DNA from: a virus
Taxonomy: Duplodnaviria > Heunggongvirae > Uroviricota > Caudoviricetes > Thumleimavirales > Hafunaviridae
Strand: one strand, 5' to 3'
IMG/VR virus record: IMGVR_UViG_2974793816_000001
Coordinates: 12,760-76,759 of that record
Length of the DNA stretch: 64,000 bases
The notes below the pieces were generated by a model, which was not told the DNA's origin, did no database searches, and saw only the letters and a program-made list of their open reading frames with translations. Below, one piece after another: positions 1 through 10,178 of the stretch. The translations under genes were made by a program, and so were the position numbers. Numbering within the stretch: position 1 is the stretch's first letter; each line of letters opens with the position of its first letter.

Positions 1-2
1 GT

Positions 3-458
3 TACAGGATTGAGTTCACCGTCAACGGTGAGACTCACACCGGACTTGTTGACTTTGCTCCCTTCGGAGATAAGCGGTATCAGGTGTCCGAATACAAGGT
101 CTACGACGAGACGGCAGGAACGACGGTTCGAGTTGACGCCCGTGACATTACGAGTTACGAAGACACGAACTTCAAGAACCGAGTCGAAGACGCTCCCAAC
201 TTCCTGATTGACGGAACGGATTACGTCAGTCCTCCCGATGAACCGGAACAGGCCGAGAAAGGTGACGAGTACCTGCTATGGTCTTACCGGGAAGGGGAAT
301 TTGTGAGAGCGCGGGTTCATTACGTATCCGACGTTCTTGGGGAAGTCAGGTTCGAGGTCATAGACGGTGACGACAAACCATACGAATGGACGGGGAAGAA
401 CCCTGAGTACGACAGCTCACTTTTCCCCGTGAAACCGATGGGGTACAAGCCGGACTGA
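3..458 (+). CDS. hypothetical virion (neck/tail) protein, 5'-partial; frame is open to the window start
   Basis: In-frame ORF with no stop between nt 3 and the annotated start at 84. Acidic protein. First gene of the + strand structural operon. Confidence 0.4.
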   Translation, partial: YRIEFTVNGETHTGLVDFAPFGDKRYQVSEYKVYDETAGTTVRVDARDITSYEDTNFKNRVEDAPNFLIDGTDYVSPPDEPEQAEKGDEYLLWSYREGEFVRARVHYVSDVLGEVRFEVIDGDDKPYEWTGKNPEYDSSLFPVKPMGYKPD

Positions 459-459
459 C

Positions 460-681
460 ATGGCAAGCGACGAAATTGATTCTCTGGTCGAAAAGTGGGG
501 CGAAGACACCGTTCGGAAGGCGTTTTGGCTCCAGAACCACATCAAGCACCACGGCGTCAAAGGGATTCACTTCATGCACCCCGGCCCGGACGGGGGCGAT
601 AACGCTGAATCTCATATGCGACAGGTGGGGCCGATGACGGCGAAGCGAATCATCGAGGGGGGGCTGGACGACACGTACTGA
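460..681 (+). CDS. hypothetical small structural-module protein
   Basis: 73-aa ORF tightly packed in the structural operon. Confidence 0.35.
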   Translation: MASDEIDSLVEKWGEDTVRKAFWLQNHIKHHGVKGIHFMHPGPDGGDNAESHMRQVGPMTAKRIIEGGLDDTY

Positions 682-717
682 CTCGATGTAGTCTTTCTCT
701 CCTATCTGTTCTCTCTA

Positions 718-1227
718 ATGTTTCCAAAAGAAGCAGTCACAACTCTAATCACGAAACTAAACGGTCGTATTCCCCCGCCTGTCCACACGGCAGGTATTCA
801 GGAAGAAAGACCGATTCCGGCTGTTCTGATTGACGGCGTTGACCTTCAGAATCTCAACCTCCACAACTCGAACTATGCCGGTTCTCAGTTTGATTCAACG
901 ACGGGGCAAGAAGTCGCGGAGATTAACCGCTACTACTACACTCTGCGCTTCGACCTCGTTGTTCGAGACGACTCCGAAACGGGAGCCTACGACATTCTCA
1001 CTCATCTTCAGTCGGCGCTGGCTGAGCTGAGTGCGAGGCCGTGGGAAACGTTCCACCCGGATGTGAACGAAATCCGGCTACTCAGCTCCGGCTCTGTGAA
1101 CTACACGTTCAACGAGCCTGCTGAGACTGAAATACACCAAGCTTTCGAGCTTGTATCGTTCTTCGAGACGACCGATTCCAGCGGCGATGTGATTGAATCG
1201 GTCGTTGACGCAATCGACATTTCCTAA
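718..1227 (+). CDS. hypothetical tail completion/neck protein
   Basis: 169-aa ORF immediately upstream of the candidate sheath gene. Confidence 0.3.
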   Translation: MFPKEAVTTLITKLNGRIPPPVHTAGIQEERPIPAVLIDGVDLQNLNLHNSNYAGSQFDSTTGQEVAEINRYYYTLRFDLVVRDDSETGAYDILTHLQSALAELSARPWETFHPDVNEIRLLSSGSVNYTFNEPAETEIHQAFELVSFFETTDSSGDVIESVVDAIDIS

Positions 1228-1235
1228 TTTTATCT

Positions 1236-2528
1236 ATGGCTGACTACGGCAACACTATCGAACCCGGTATTGTCACGAACGTCAACTCGGCGCTTTCTGT
1301 CACTTCGAGTGGGGGCGCTCCCGCCGACGTTGGACTCGTCGGACAGGCTGACCTCGTGAATGGAACGGCACAGACGAACGCTGTCTATCAGGTCACTCGC
1401 GCTACGATGGCCCGCGAGTGGTTCGGTGAGGACAGTCCCCTGACTCAGAACGTCCTCGATGCTCTCGCGGAGGGAGCCTACCCGGTCTACGCGGTCGCGG
1501 TTGACCTCGTGGATGTTACGGGCGAAGACCTCTCCGGTCTTAGCTCGAACACGGGCACGCTGGCCGAGGGGCCGGTGAGCGAGAACGCCGCCGATACGGT
1601 GTTCAGCATCAACGGCTCTGACCTTACGACCGTTCTGAGATACGAAGACCTCTCTACCCTCTCTCCGGGTGCTGGCGAGGTCTACGTCAACCCATCGACG
1701 GGGGAGTTCAAGATTGACGCCGACGTGACCGTGGGCAACGTGGGCGACTCCGTGGACTACGCCTACGGCGACTACGTTGCGGGCAATCAGGCGCTCGCTG
1801 ACGGCGCTGGTAGCGCGGTGGACTTCTTCGTTCCGCTGAGCGAGGATGCTGAGGTCACTCAGGATGCTCAGTCCACGGTCGGCAACATGGCGGGCGAATA
1901 CAACTTCGCGGTTGCTATCGTCGGCGATACGCCCGGCCTTGACCCGTCGAACTACTCCAACCCATTCGATGATTCCCGCGTTCAGGTCGTCTACCCGGCC
2001 CGGAACGCGGAGGGCTACTCCACGCTCGGTTCCTACGCCGGTCGGCGTGCGAAGCTCGGTATCACGACCACGCCCATCAACAAGCGCCTCTCCACGCAGA
2101 AGTCGCTCGGTGTCAGTCTTGACCGCGCGGCCCGTGGTGCGCTGATTGACGAGCGCGTTGTTCCGCTGGCTGACGAGACGGAGGGCGCTCGGATTGCTGA
2201 CGACGTGAACACCGTGAGCGACACGAACACGGACGAGGCGGGTATCCGCTTCGGCTTCACGCGGCTCGTGATGGACTACGTTATCACGGTCATTCGTGTC
2301 AACGAACAGCCCTTCATCGGTCGCCTGAACAGTCGTGCGGTGCGAGCTTCGCTTGAGGGCCTTCTGAGCAACCAGCTCAAGACCCTGAAGCGGTCGAACT
2401 CGATTATCGACTACAACGTGAACGTGTACCGCATCGACGCGACGAGCGCCGCCGTTGAGATTCAGGTTGAGACGGCCAAGCCGCTCCGCTTCATCGAGAA
2501 CACGGTCACGATTGGCGCTTCGGCGTAA
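1236..2528 (+). CDS. putative tail sheath protein
   Basis: 430-aa protein in the sheath position of a P2/Mu-like gene order: sheath, tube, chaperones, tape measure. Confidence 0.45.
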   Translation: MADYGNTIEPGIVTNVNSALSVTSSGGAPADVGLVGQADLVNGTAQTNAVYQVTRATMAREWFGEDSPLTQNVLDALAEGAYPVYAVAVDLVDVTGEDLSGLSSNTGTLAEGPVSENAADTVFSINGSDLTTVLRYEDLSTLSPGAGEVYVNPSTGEFKIDADVTVGNVGDSVDYAYGDYVAGNQALADGAGSAVDFFVPLSEDAEVTQDAQSTVGNMAGEYNFAVAIVGDTPGLDPSNYSNPFDDSRVQVVYPARNAEGYSTLGSYAGRRAKLGITTTPINKRLSTQKSLGVSLDRAARGALIDERVVPLADETEGARIADDVNTVSDTNTDEAGIRFGFTRLVMDYVITVIRVNEQPFIGRLNSRAVRASLEGLLSNQLKTLKRSNSIIDYNVNVYRIDATSAAVEIQVETAKPLRFIENTVTIGASA

Positions 2529-2556
2529 AGACTCAACTTCTACTTTTTAACTCATT

Positions 2557-3102
2557 ATGTCTGCTTCTAACGTTGACCGGATTGAGAGCGCGGCGAACAT
2601 CACTCTGAACATCTCGCGTGGTGGGTCGCAGGTCACGACGGATTCTGTTTCGGCTCCCGCTGACGATGGTGGTAGCTTCACCGATTCCGAGCGTGCTGAG
2701 GCTGTTGATGCGGGTACTCTCCGAGTCCCCATCTCGCAGTTGGACACCACGAAGGACATTGAGATTTCCGAGATTCGGGAATCTTCGCTGAAGGCGAGTG
2801 GCTATTCGGTCACTTCCATCAGCTACTCCGGCTCGATGATGTTCAAGGGCGAGCGGGTTCACGGCCCCGACAACGAGCCGGTTTCCATCGAGTCGCTGAT
2901 TTACGACGACGATGGCGTTCCGATTCCCTGCTCTGTCACCATCACCCACGAACTCTCTGGTAAGACGGAGACGTTCGAGGACGTTCTCGTGACCAGCGAT
3001 TCCTACGAGGTTCAGTCTGAGTCTGAGACTGAGACTGCCTTCGACTGGATTGCGATGGACAAGGTGACGAAAGACCCGAAGACGGACTCCGAGAGTTCGT
3101 AA
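2557..3102 (+). CDS. putative tail tube protein
   Basis: 181-aa protein between the sheath candidate and the chaperone ORFs. Confidence 0.4.
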   Translation: MSASNVDRIESAANITLNISRGGSQVTTDSVSAPADDGGSFTDSERAEAVDAGTLRVPISQLDTTKDIEISEIRESSLKASGYSVTSISYSGSMMFKGERVHGPDNEPVSIESLIYDDDGVPIPCSVTITHELSGKTETFEDVLVTSDSYEVQSESETETAFDWIAMDKVTKDPKTDSESS

Positions 3103-3155
3103 TCGCGCTTCTCGCTGAATAGCTCTCTGACTAATCTTTTACACTTTCATTTATC

Positions 3156-3626
3156 ATGGCTGACGAAACCGACAACGACAGTAACGACGTTAACATCTCG
3201 AAGCTCCGCGAACTGGCTCTCAGAGGGAAGAACTACCGCGAGGAGTTTGAAACCAACTACCTCGGTGAGACGCTGACCCTCTACCTCAAGCCGCTAACCG
3301 ACCTTGAGTTCCTGCCGATTGCGGCGTTCCTCGAAGAAAAGCTGGACATGGACACCGAGGAAGCGAAGGAACGCATCGAGGAGGAGCGAGAGGCCGGTGA
3401 CGACGACTCGATTGATATTACGAACTTCGACAAGGAGTTCGTCGGTATTATGCAGGAAGCGGCGGCGAAGGGCGTTGACACCACGCAGGGTGACGCCGAA
3501 GGTCTGGACGACGAGCTGGTTCTCGAAACCATCCGTGACCTGATTGGCGGCAAGTCCATCGAGATTGCGGAGCGTGTGCTGGACATTTCCAGCAACGCAG
3601 AGGACGCTGAGAAGTTTCGCAGATAG
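3156..3626 (+). CDS. tail assembly chaperone (G-like)
   Basis: 156-aa acidic protein directly upstream of the tape measure. Its last 83 nt overlap the next ORF in the +1 frame. Confidence 0.5.
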   Translation: MADETDNDSNDVNISKLRELALRGKNYREEFETNYLGETLTLYLKPLTDLEFLPIAAFLEEKLDMDTEEAKERIEEEREAGDDDSIDITNFDKEFVGIMQEAAAKGVDTTQGDAEGLDDELVLETIRDLIGGKSIEIAERVLDISSNAEDAEKFRR

Positions 3627-3936
3627 TGGGGCCGCGAGCGTAATTTTCGGCCTCAAGTCTGAGATTGGTGCTGGCTTCGTTGGCTCAGACGACCAGCTCG
3701 AACTAACACCGTTCCAGAGACAGGTGTTTGAGGCCGAGAAAGTTCGTGAACACCGCGAGCAGGAAAAGAGGATGGAAGCCGCTCAGAACGGTAACATGGG
3801 CGGTGGAGGTCGCACTCCGAACGCCGCACACCCAAACGTGGGCGGTCGTGGTCGGCGCTCTCGGAGTGAGACAGTACGGTATGTGAACGACAGTTCTGAG
3901 GAGAATCCAGAGGCGAACGTCACGTTCGTTGACTAA
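3544..3936 (+). CDS. tail assembly chaperone frameshift extension (GT-like)
   Basis: Open +1 frame overlapping the 3' end of the preceding ORF. It has no plausible own start until residue M77 and ends 2 nt before the tape measure ATG. Confidence 0.4.
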   Translation: MAASPSRLRSVCWTFPATQRTLRSFADSGAASVIFGLKSEIGAGFVGSDDQLELTPFQRQVFEAEKVREHREQEKRMEAAQNGNMGGGGRTPNAAHPNVGGRGRRSRSETVRYVNDSSEENPEANVTFVD

Positions 3937-3938
3937 TT

Positions 3939-5756
3939 ATGTCTGTTAAAATCGACCTCGACCTTCAGGCCGGGGACGTTATGGCGAAGTTGACCGAAAT
4001 CAAGGGCCAGCTTGAGGCTCTTGAGGACGACTTCGACTTCTCTTTTGACGGCGACTTCAGGGCACAACTGGATGAGATTGCTGACACCCTCGATGGGTTG
4101 GGCGACAATCTGGTAAAAGACCTCGATGAAGTTGCTACTCGGCTTGAAGACCTCGAAATTGACGTAGGCGCTCCTGTTGGTGGGGGCGATTCCGGTGGGG
4201 ACACCGGAAGTGATAGCGGAGATAAGTATTTCGCAGACGGCCCCGGCTCGGGGATGAGTATGCGGGAGATTCTTCGCCGGGTGGAAAGCTCTGGATACGG
4301 AACTACCGCGAGAGATGTTGCTGACGCCGACCTCGGTTTCGAGATTGACCGTCAGAACAACATCAAGAAAATCAACGAGGCTCTTTCGGAGACTCTTGGT
4401 GACGGTCTTCTCTCGGGATTCGTAACCAGTAACTCGAATTGGGGCGGGGTGACCTCTGACCGGAGTAAGGGGGTCGCTTCGCTTCTGGACGCGAAGGGGG
4501 TTTCCCCGGACAGTCTCCGGCTTGGTCGGATGGGGAAAATGACCAAGCGGCTCAGCGGTCGTGTCTCGAACCTTCGAGGCATTATCCGTAGCGCGATTCC
4601 CTCTATGGCGAAGTGGTGGCAACTGATTGCTCTCGCGCTCCCGGCCCTGATTGCGTTCGCTGTTCAGGCGTCCGGCGTTGCTACCTCGATGCTCGCTATG
4701 GCCGGTGCGGGTGCGGCGTTCATCGGCCTCGGTCTTGTCGGCCACGGTAACAGTATGGCCGAGTCGTGGCGGAACGCTCAGCAACAGCTCTCCCAACTCA
4801 AGGAAGACCTGTACGAGACGTTCCTCCCCTCGATGCAGACTTTCGCTCCGGTTCAGGACGCCTTCTTCGATATGCTCCCGGTGGAGCTTGGGAAGGTCAA
4901 TGACGCGCTACAATCGCTCGCCGGAACCAGCTACCAGTACGCCCTGTTCGACGGACTTCGGGGAGTTACGGGCTGGATTTCTGAGTTGATTTACTCGATG
5001 CGCGACCTCGATTCGATTGCCACGCAGGTCACGATGCGGTTCGGTGGCATCATCGGGACGAAAGTTATCGACTTCTTCGAGTGGGCGACGATTGAGGCGT
5101 ACCGGAATCAGGAGAGCCTGATTAAGCTCGGTGGCGTCATCATGTCGGTCATTGAGATTATCTACAATCTCTCTACGATTTTCGCTCACCTCGTGATTAT
5201 GCTCTCCCCGGTGATTGACGCCGTGGTTTGGCTGACTCAGGTTCTCAGCCAGCCGATGTACCGGGCGCTCGCGTCGGTTATCGTCATGTTCACGCTCATC
5301 GGAGTGGTGCTGGCGAAGACCATCGTGACGATTGCGAAGGTTCGCATGGCGTTCGCTATTCTCGGTATCACGGGTTCGGGCGCAATGGCCGGACTCGCTT
5401 CGAGCGCGGTCGGGGCGATGGCGACGGTGAAGGGCGCTGTTATGTCTGCCGTCGCTTCGCTTGGGCTTCTCCAAGCGGCTCTTATCGCTACCGGGATTGG
5501 CGCTCTGGTGGTCGGCGGTGGCTACCTCGCGTACCAAGCGATGAAGCCGAAAGGCCCGCCGTCTGCCGGTAGTGGCTCCGGTTACGGCGGTAGCGGTTCT
5601 GGTAGTACGGTAATCAACGAGGGCGACACCTACAACTTCAACGTTGACGGCTCGACGGACGGGCCGACGACTCAGAAGATGCTCGATGTGGCTACGTTGA
5701 ACAATCAGACCGACTCCACTCGGTCACTCTCTCTTAGTGGTGGAAATGGAAGATAA
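3939..5756 (+). CDS. tail tape measure protein
   Basis: 605 aa with an N-terminal coiled-coil, central hydrophobic helices and Gly-rich segments. Canonical position after the chaperone pair. Confidence 0.75.
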   Translation: MSVKIDLDLQAGDVMAKLTEIKGQLEALEDDFDFSFDGDFRAQLDEIADTLDGLGDNLVKDLDEVATRLEDLEIDVGAPVGGGDSGGDTGSDSGDKYFADGPGSGMSMREILRRVESSGYGTTARDVADADLGFEIDRQNNIKKINEALSETLGDGLLSGFVTSNSNWGGVTSDRSKGVASLLDAKGVSPDSLRLGRMGKMTKRLSGRVSNLRGIIRSAIPSMAKWWQLIALALPALIAFAVQASGVATSMLAMAGAGAAFIGLGLVGHGNSMAESWRNAQQQLSQLKEDLYETFLPSMQTFAPVQDAFFDMLPVELGKVNDALQSLAGTSYQYALFDGLRGVTGWISELIYSMRDLDSIATQVTMRFGGIIGTKVIDFFEWATIEAYRNQESLIKLGGVIMSVIEIIYNLSTIFAHLVIMLSPVIDAVVWLTQVLSQPMYRALASVIVMFTLIGVVLAKTIVTIAKVRMAFAILGITGSGAMAGLASSAVGAMATVKGAVMSAVASLGLLQAALIATGIGALVVGGGYLAYQAMKPKGPPSAGSGSGYGGSGSGSTVINEGDTYNFNVDGSTDGPTTQKMLDVATLNNQTDSTRSLSLSGGNGR

Positions 5757-6320
5757 ATGGTAAACGCATTTGCGAGAGGTGGGGGTTCTGATGATACCTA
5801 CATCGAGGAAGACCCCATTCAGGCAGGCCCGAACGAGGGTATCCAGTTCAAGGTTATCGCCTTGGGACAGCCCGAGACGGACGATTCGAGCGACGTGTCG
5901 GCTGAGGATAACAAGCCCGTTCTGTTTGAGTTTAATCCTCTGTTCTTCCCCGACCGCTTCAATCAGAGCTTCGACAAGGAACTTCGGCGCGAAGGCCAGC
6001 AATGCCGTGGCGAAGACGTGTCTATCAAGAATCTGAAAAACTCCGAGTTTCACGCTACTGGAGTTATTCTTGAGGAAAACCTCCGGGTCGTCCAGAAGCT
6101 CGCTGAACACAACGGCGTCGTGGATATGATTACTCCGATTTCCCCGAACGGCGGGATGGAGTGTTACATCAAGGGCGGCGACGTGGGCGAGCTGGAAGGC
6201 TGGAATCCGGTCTACCGGCAATGGATGTTCACGTACACGTTCGACTTCGTTTCGACCGGCCTCGATGAGTTCGGCAACAGTACGGAAAACGACGTGGTAA
6301 GCAGTATTCTTGACGGATGA
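5757..6320 (+). CDS. hypothetical tail/baseplate protein
   Basis: 187-aa ORF, start adjacent to the tape-measure stop. Confidence 0.3.
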   Translation: MVNAFARGGGSDDTYIEEDPIQAGPNEGIQFKVIALGQPETDDSSDVSAEDNKPVLFEFNPLFFPDRFNQSFDKELRREGQQCRGEDVSIKNLKNSEFHATGVILEENLRVVQKLAEHNGVVDMITPISPNGGMECYIKGGDVGELEGWNPVYRQWMFTYTFDFVSTGLDEFGNSTENDVVSSILDG

Positions 6321-7750
6321 ATTGTGAAGACGCCAATATCTCCATAGCGATTCTGGACGACGACGGAGATTTCCAGAACCCGCTCGTGGAGATTAGACCC
6401 TTGGAGTTCAACTTCCAGCGGAACCGAGGCCAGTTCGACTACGTTCGGGCAAAGTTCTCGCAGGGAGTTGCCGACCACATCCAAGAGTCGGTTCAAGATG
6501 AAGATGGCGCACTTCACCGCCGCCGTCCTGCTCTCATCAAGTTCGGTGATGTTGTCGTTCACCGGATGCTCTACCTCCCCGACGCAGTTCAGTTCGGGGC
6601 GAACAATGTCCACATCGAGCTACACGACGTTCAGAAACATCTCGATATTGGCGTCGTAGACTACCAGCGTCAGAACGTTACTCTCGAAGAAGCCTACCGC
6701 TACGTGTTCAATCAGCGGGACACTTCCACGGGAGAGCTGTTCTCTGGTATCGAATTTGCGATTCCCGACTCTGCTTTCGAGCGCGTGATTTCTATGTCCT
6801 CTCGTGAGGGCCTTAGACACTACGAGCGTGCGAAGGATAGAGAGTCGATGAGGGAGCTTAGCGATGGAAACTACTTCGGTGTCCTCGATAAGACAAAGGC
6901 TCTCCGCAATTACGAGCAGGAAGAAAATCTGAACATCGTCAAGTCGAACTACGCTCTGGACTTCAAGCAGGTCACTCCGTGGGAGGCGATTCTTGAAATG
7001 AACGAGAAGTTCGGAGTTACAACGTGGGTGGCCCCGGACGGGAAGTTTTGGGTCGGTAGTCGCGGCGCTACTGGTATCGACCACGTTGCGGCTCCCGACG
7101 ACTCCCGAGTGTGGAAACTCATCGACTACAACATCACCCCTCCACGCGACCCGATTATGAAGGTCGTCGTTCGGGGGAAGATGATTCACGACCCGAACGA
7201 GAGTTGGGGCGAACAGCTCGGTGAGCTGGTGAACATGAGTCGCGGGACGAAGGACTACCGCGCCGAGGGAGTTGCTGAGCGGCCCGACCTCGATTTCGGT
7301 CGAATCGTTGAACCGGAAGACCTCGAAGTTGCGGCTGACGGTCTGGAACACGTTGCGAAGCGCCGGATGAAGAAAATCCAGCGCGACCAATGGAGCGGGA
7401 ATCTCGAAATCCTACCATCCCACTCTGGAACGGAGTGGACTGATATTCGTAAGGTACAGGTCGGTGATAACATCGTGACTGTTCCACCCGAGAACGCGGG
7501 TGGGGAGTGTGGTACGAATATCCGGCGCGAAGCGTTCAATATCACCGGAGTAAACCACATCCTGAACGAGTCGGGAGAGTGGGTTCTTCGACTCGATGTG
7601 GTTCCGCTCATGGACGGACACCTTGACCCGGAACACATCAAGTCCTATATGCGGTACTTCGACCCGCACAAGAAGGAATACATCTCCGAGGAGGCTTACG
7701 AGGCCGACAAGAAGGCTGACGAGGGGATTGAACTCTCCGACTTCATCTGA
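6317..7750 (+). CDS. putative baseplate hub / tail protein D-like
   Basis: 477-aa ORF between the tape measure and the spike/PAAR genes. Overlaps the upstream gene by 4 nt. Confidence 0.35.
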   Translation: MNCEDANISIAILDDDGDFQNPLVEIRPLEFNFQRNRGQFDYVRAKFSQGVADHIQESVQDEDGALHRRRPALIKFGDVVVHRMLYLPDAVQFGANNVHIELHDVQKHLDIGVVDYQRQNVTLEEAYRYVFNQRDTSTGELFSGIEFAIPDSAFERVISMSSREGLRHYERAKDRESMRELSDGNYFGVLDKTKALRNYEQEENLNIVKSNYALDFKQVTPWEAILEMNEKFGVTTWVAPDGKFWVGSRGATGIDHVAAPDDSRVWKLIDYNITPPRDPIMKVVVRGKMIHDPNESWGEQLGELVNMSRGTKDYRAEGVAERPDLDFGRIVEPEDLEVAADGLEHVAKRRMKKIQRDQWSGNLEILPSHSGTEWTDIRKVQVGDNIVTVPPENAGGECGTNIRREAFNITGVNHILNESGEWVLRLDVVPLMDGHLDPEHIKSYMRYFDPHKKEYISEEAYEADKKADEGIELSDFI

Positions 7751-7752
7751 TT

Positions 7753-8190
7753 ATGATTCACGGAATAGCTACTTCTACGGATTTCAAGTCCGGCATTTTA
7801 CTGGTTGACGTTCAGGTTGCGCGAGCGGGGGTAACTTACAAGAACGTGCCTGTTCTCCACCAGTTCCCCGGACACGTCCAGTCTATCACGGAGGGTTCTC
7901 GCGTCGTTCTCGAACAGACGGAGGACAATCTGTGGGTCATTCTCGGAGTCCTTGAAACGGATAGTGACCTTCTGACCGAGAAGCCGGTCGCCTACGAGCA
8001 GGTGATGGCTTTCGATGATGGAACGGAGATTAGCGTTAAAGAGGCGGAATCCGGCGGATACGACGTGAATATCAACGCATCGAGCGAGTTGAACATCAAA
8101 GCGACCGGGGACGTGACTGTTGAAACTGAGGGACACCTTCAGTTCAAGTCGTCCTCGGTGGACTTCGATACGTCGGGTGGTTCTGCGTGA
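7753..8190 (+). CDS. putative baseplate spike (gpV-like)
   Basis: 145-aa protein immediately upstream of the PAAR-like gene. Confidence 0.35.
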   Translation: MIHGIATSTDFKSGILLVDVQVARAGVTYKNVPVLHQFPGHVQSITEGSRVVLEQTEDNLWVILGVLETDSDLLTEKPVAYEQVMAFDDGTEISVKEAESGGYDVNINASSELNIKATGDVTVETEGHLQFKSSSVDFDTSGGSA

Positions 8191-8552
8191 GCAAGAATCT
8201 CGCCGTCCACGGCGCGACGTGTGAGGCTGACGGACACCCTTCGGAGTGCCAAGCTACGGTGACGGGACAGACGAAGGACGCTGACGGCGATACGTCGGTG
8301 ACTATCAACGGGGTTCCGCTCACCGACCACGGCGACTCGATGCACTTTCCCTCTCACGCTCACGCATATAGTGGCGACCCACCGGCTTGTACGAGCTATT
8401 CTTCCCACGACCTCGTTCCCGACGAGTCTCCATCGTTCACGGTGAACGGGCGGCCCGTCGTTCGGGTAGGTGACTCCACGAGCGACCCCGGCGCGGGGAC
8501 GGCTCAGGTGGTTGATAGTGGCGGAAATGGCGCTGTAACGCACACGGAATAG
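8187..8552 (+). CDS. PAAR-repeat-like spike tip protein
   Basis: 121 aa with His/Cys metal ligands and repeated VNGxPvvRVGD-type segments (INGVPLTDHGD, VNGRPVVRVGDSTSDPG) typical of PAAR domains. Confidence 0.55.
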   Translation: MSKNLAVHGATCEADGHPSECQATVTGQTKDADGDTSVTINGVPLTDHGDSMHFPSHAHAYSGDPPACTSYSSHDLVPDESPSFTVNGRPVVRVGDSTSDPGAGTAQVVDSGGNGAVTHTE

Positions 8553-8615
8553 CTCACATCATATATAAACCCTTTACCATTAATAGTAGTAGAGACAGCC
8601 CTTCTTCACCCCTTC

Positions 8616-8942
8616 ATGCTGGATTTAGCCCTAAATAGTGACTTCTCTGTTTTTCTAAACGAGAACGGCGACCTCGGTACGGTGAGTGGGCGCGAGGAGT
8701 TCGAGCAGTCGGTTGTGATTCTAATGACCGAGCTAATGCGTAGCTCGGCTATCGGAGAGTTCGACCAATCTACGATTGAGCAGAAGCTCAAGCTCGAAGC
8801 AACTCGGGTCGCACGGAAACACGATTTCCTCACGGACATTTCTGGAATCGACGTTTCGCCGCACAAGGAGAACCCTCACACATACGTTGTAAGTATCGAC
8901 TACAAATCAGACCGAATTTTCGAGGAGAATATTAGCGGATGA
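8616..8942 (+). CDS. baseplate wedge protein (gpW/gp25-like)
   Basis: 108-aa protein in the conserved position before a J-like gene. Confidence 0.45.
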   Translation: MLDLALNSDFSVFLNENGDLGTVSGREEFEQSVVILMTELMRSSAIGEFDQSTIEQKLKLEATRVARKHDFLTDISGIDVSPHKENPHTYVVSIDYKSDRIFEENISG

Positions 8943-10174
8943 CGATTTCCCAAGACGGCTCTTTTGACGGCGACACCGAGGAGGAAATCCTCGATGCGAT
9001 GATTGCCGACGCGAAGCAGTATTGGTCGGATGACATTAAGGAATCCGAGCTTGCTGTAATCAGGCAGTTCTACCGGCCTATCGCTCGGCGTCTCGCACAG
9101 GCACAGGACGACATTGGACTTGTCCTCGAATCCACTCAGATTGATAACGCCGAAGGAACGGCCCTCGGTCTTCTCACGGCTCTAATCGGAGTGAAGCGAC
9201 AGCCTTCCGTCCGTGCTACGGGCGAGGTTACGTTCTCTCGGGAGAACATGGCTGAGCTTGATTACAACATCCCGGCGGGGACGAAGGTTCAGACGGCCTC
9301 GGAGCCGCCGACGCAGTTCGTCACTACGCAGGGCGCGACTATCGAGCAGGGGACTTCGAGCGCGACCGCCCCGATTATCGCGGTGGAACCCGGCGCTGAC
9401 GGGAACGTTGGCGCGAACGCGATTTCGGTTCTTCCGGTTCCGCTCGCGGGTATCGAGACGGCCACGAACGCGAACGAGACGGTCGGTGGCGAGAACGAGG
9501 AAACCGACGACCAGCTTCGCAAGCGAGCGAAGGAGGAGTTGGCCGAGGGTTCGAGCGCGACCGCTCCGGCGCTGGTGAGCGCGGTTCAGAACGTGGAGGG
9601 CGTCACGTCCGTCAGCATCCTCGTGAACGACACGAAGGACGACAACGGGCGAGGACACAACCTCCCGTCTAACTCCGGTGAGCTGGTCGTCACGGGCGGC
9701 GAGGACGCGGATGTGGCGCAGGCTATCCTCGAAACGAAGGGGATGGATTCGACTCTCGTGGCGGGAGTGAACGGTGTGGCTGTTGAGGGAATCCCTGCGA
9801 ATCTCCCGAACGGTCAGACGCTCCCGGTTGACTTCTCGCGGGCGAACCCCGTGACCATCTACATCGAGGCAGATGTTCAGGTCGATGCCAACTACGAGAG
9901 CGACGAGGACGTGCTGAACAACATCGTCGAGTACGTCGGCGGGCAGACCGTCGAAGGCTTCGAGCGCGACGGCGAGCTTGGCGTGACGGACGACGTTCTG
10001 TATGGCGAGGTCGAATACCGGATTCGGGAAATCCCCGGCGTGTACGACGTTACCTCCCTCAAGGTGGACAGGGTTAGTCCCCCGACCGGGACGAGCAACG
10101 TCTCGATTAGCGATATGGAGGAAGCGACGACTGACGCTCGGCAGGACATTACGATTACGACGAGCGAGGTGTAG
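8939..10174 (+). CDS. baseplate J-like protein
   Basis: 411 aa. Overlaps the upstream W-like gene by 4 nt, as in gpW-gpJ modules. Confidence 0.45.
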   Translation: MTISQDGSFDGDTEEEILDAMIADAKQYWSDDIKESELAVIRQFYRPIARRLAQAQDDIGLVLESTQIDNAEGTALGLLTALIGVKRQPSVRATGEVTFSRENMAELDYNIPAGTKVQTASEPPTQFVTTQGATIEQGTSSATAPIIAVEPGADGNVGANAISVLPVPLAGIETATNANETVGGENEETDDQLRKRAKEELAEGSSATAPALVSAVQNVEGVTSVSILVNDTKDDNGRGHNLPSNSGELVVTGGEDADVAQAILETKGMDSTLVAGVNGVAVEGIPANLPNGQTLPVDFSRANPVTIYIEADVQVDANYESDEDVLNNIVEYVGGQTVEGFERDGELGVTDDVLYGEVEYRIREIPGVYDVTSLKVDRVSPPTGTSNVSISDMEEATTDARQDITITTSEV

Positions 10175-10178
10175 CTGA

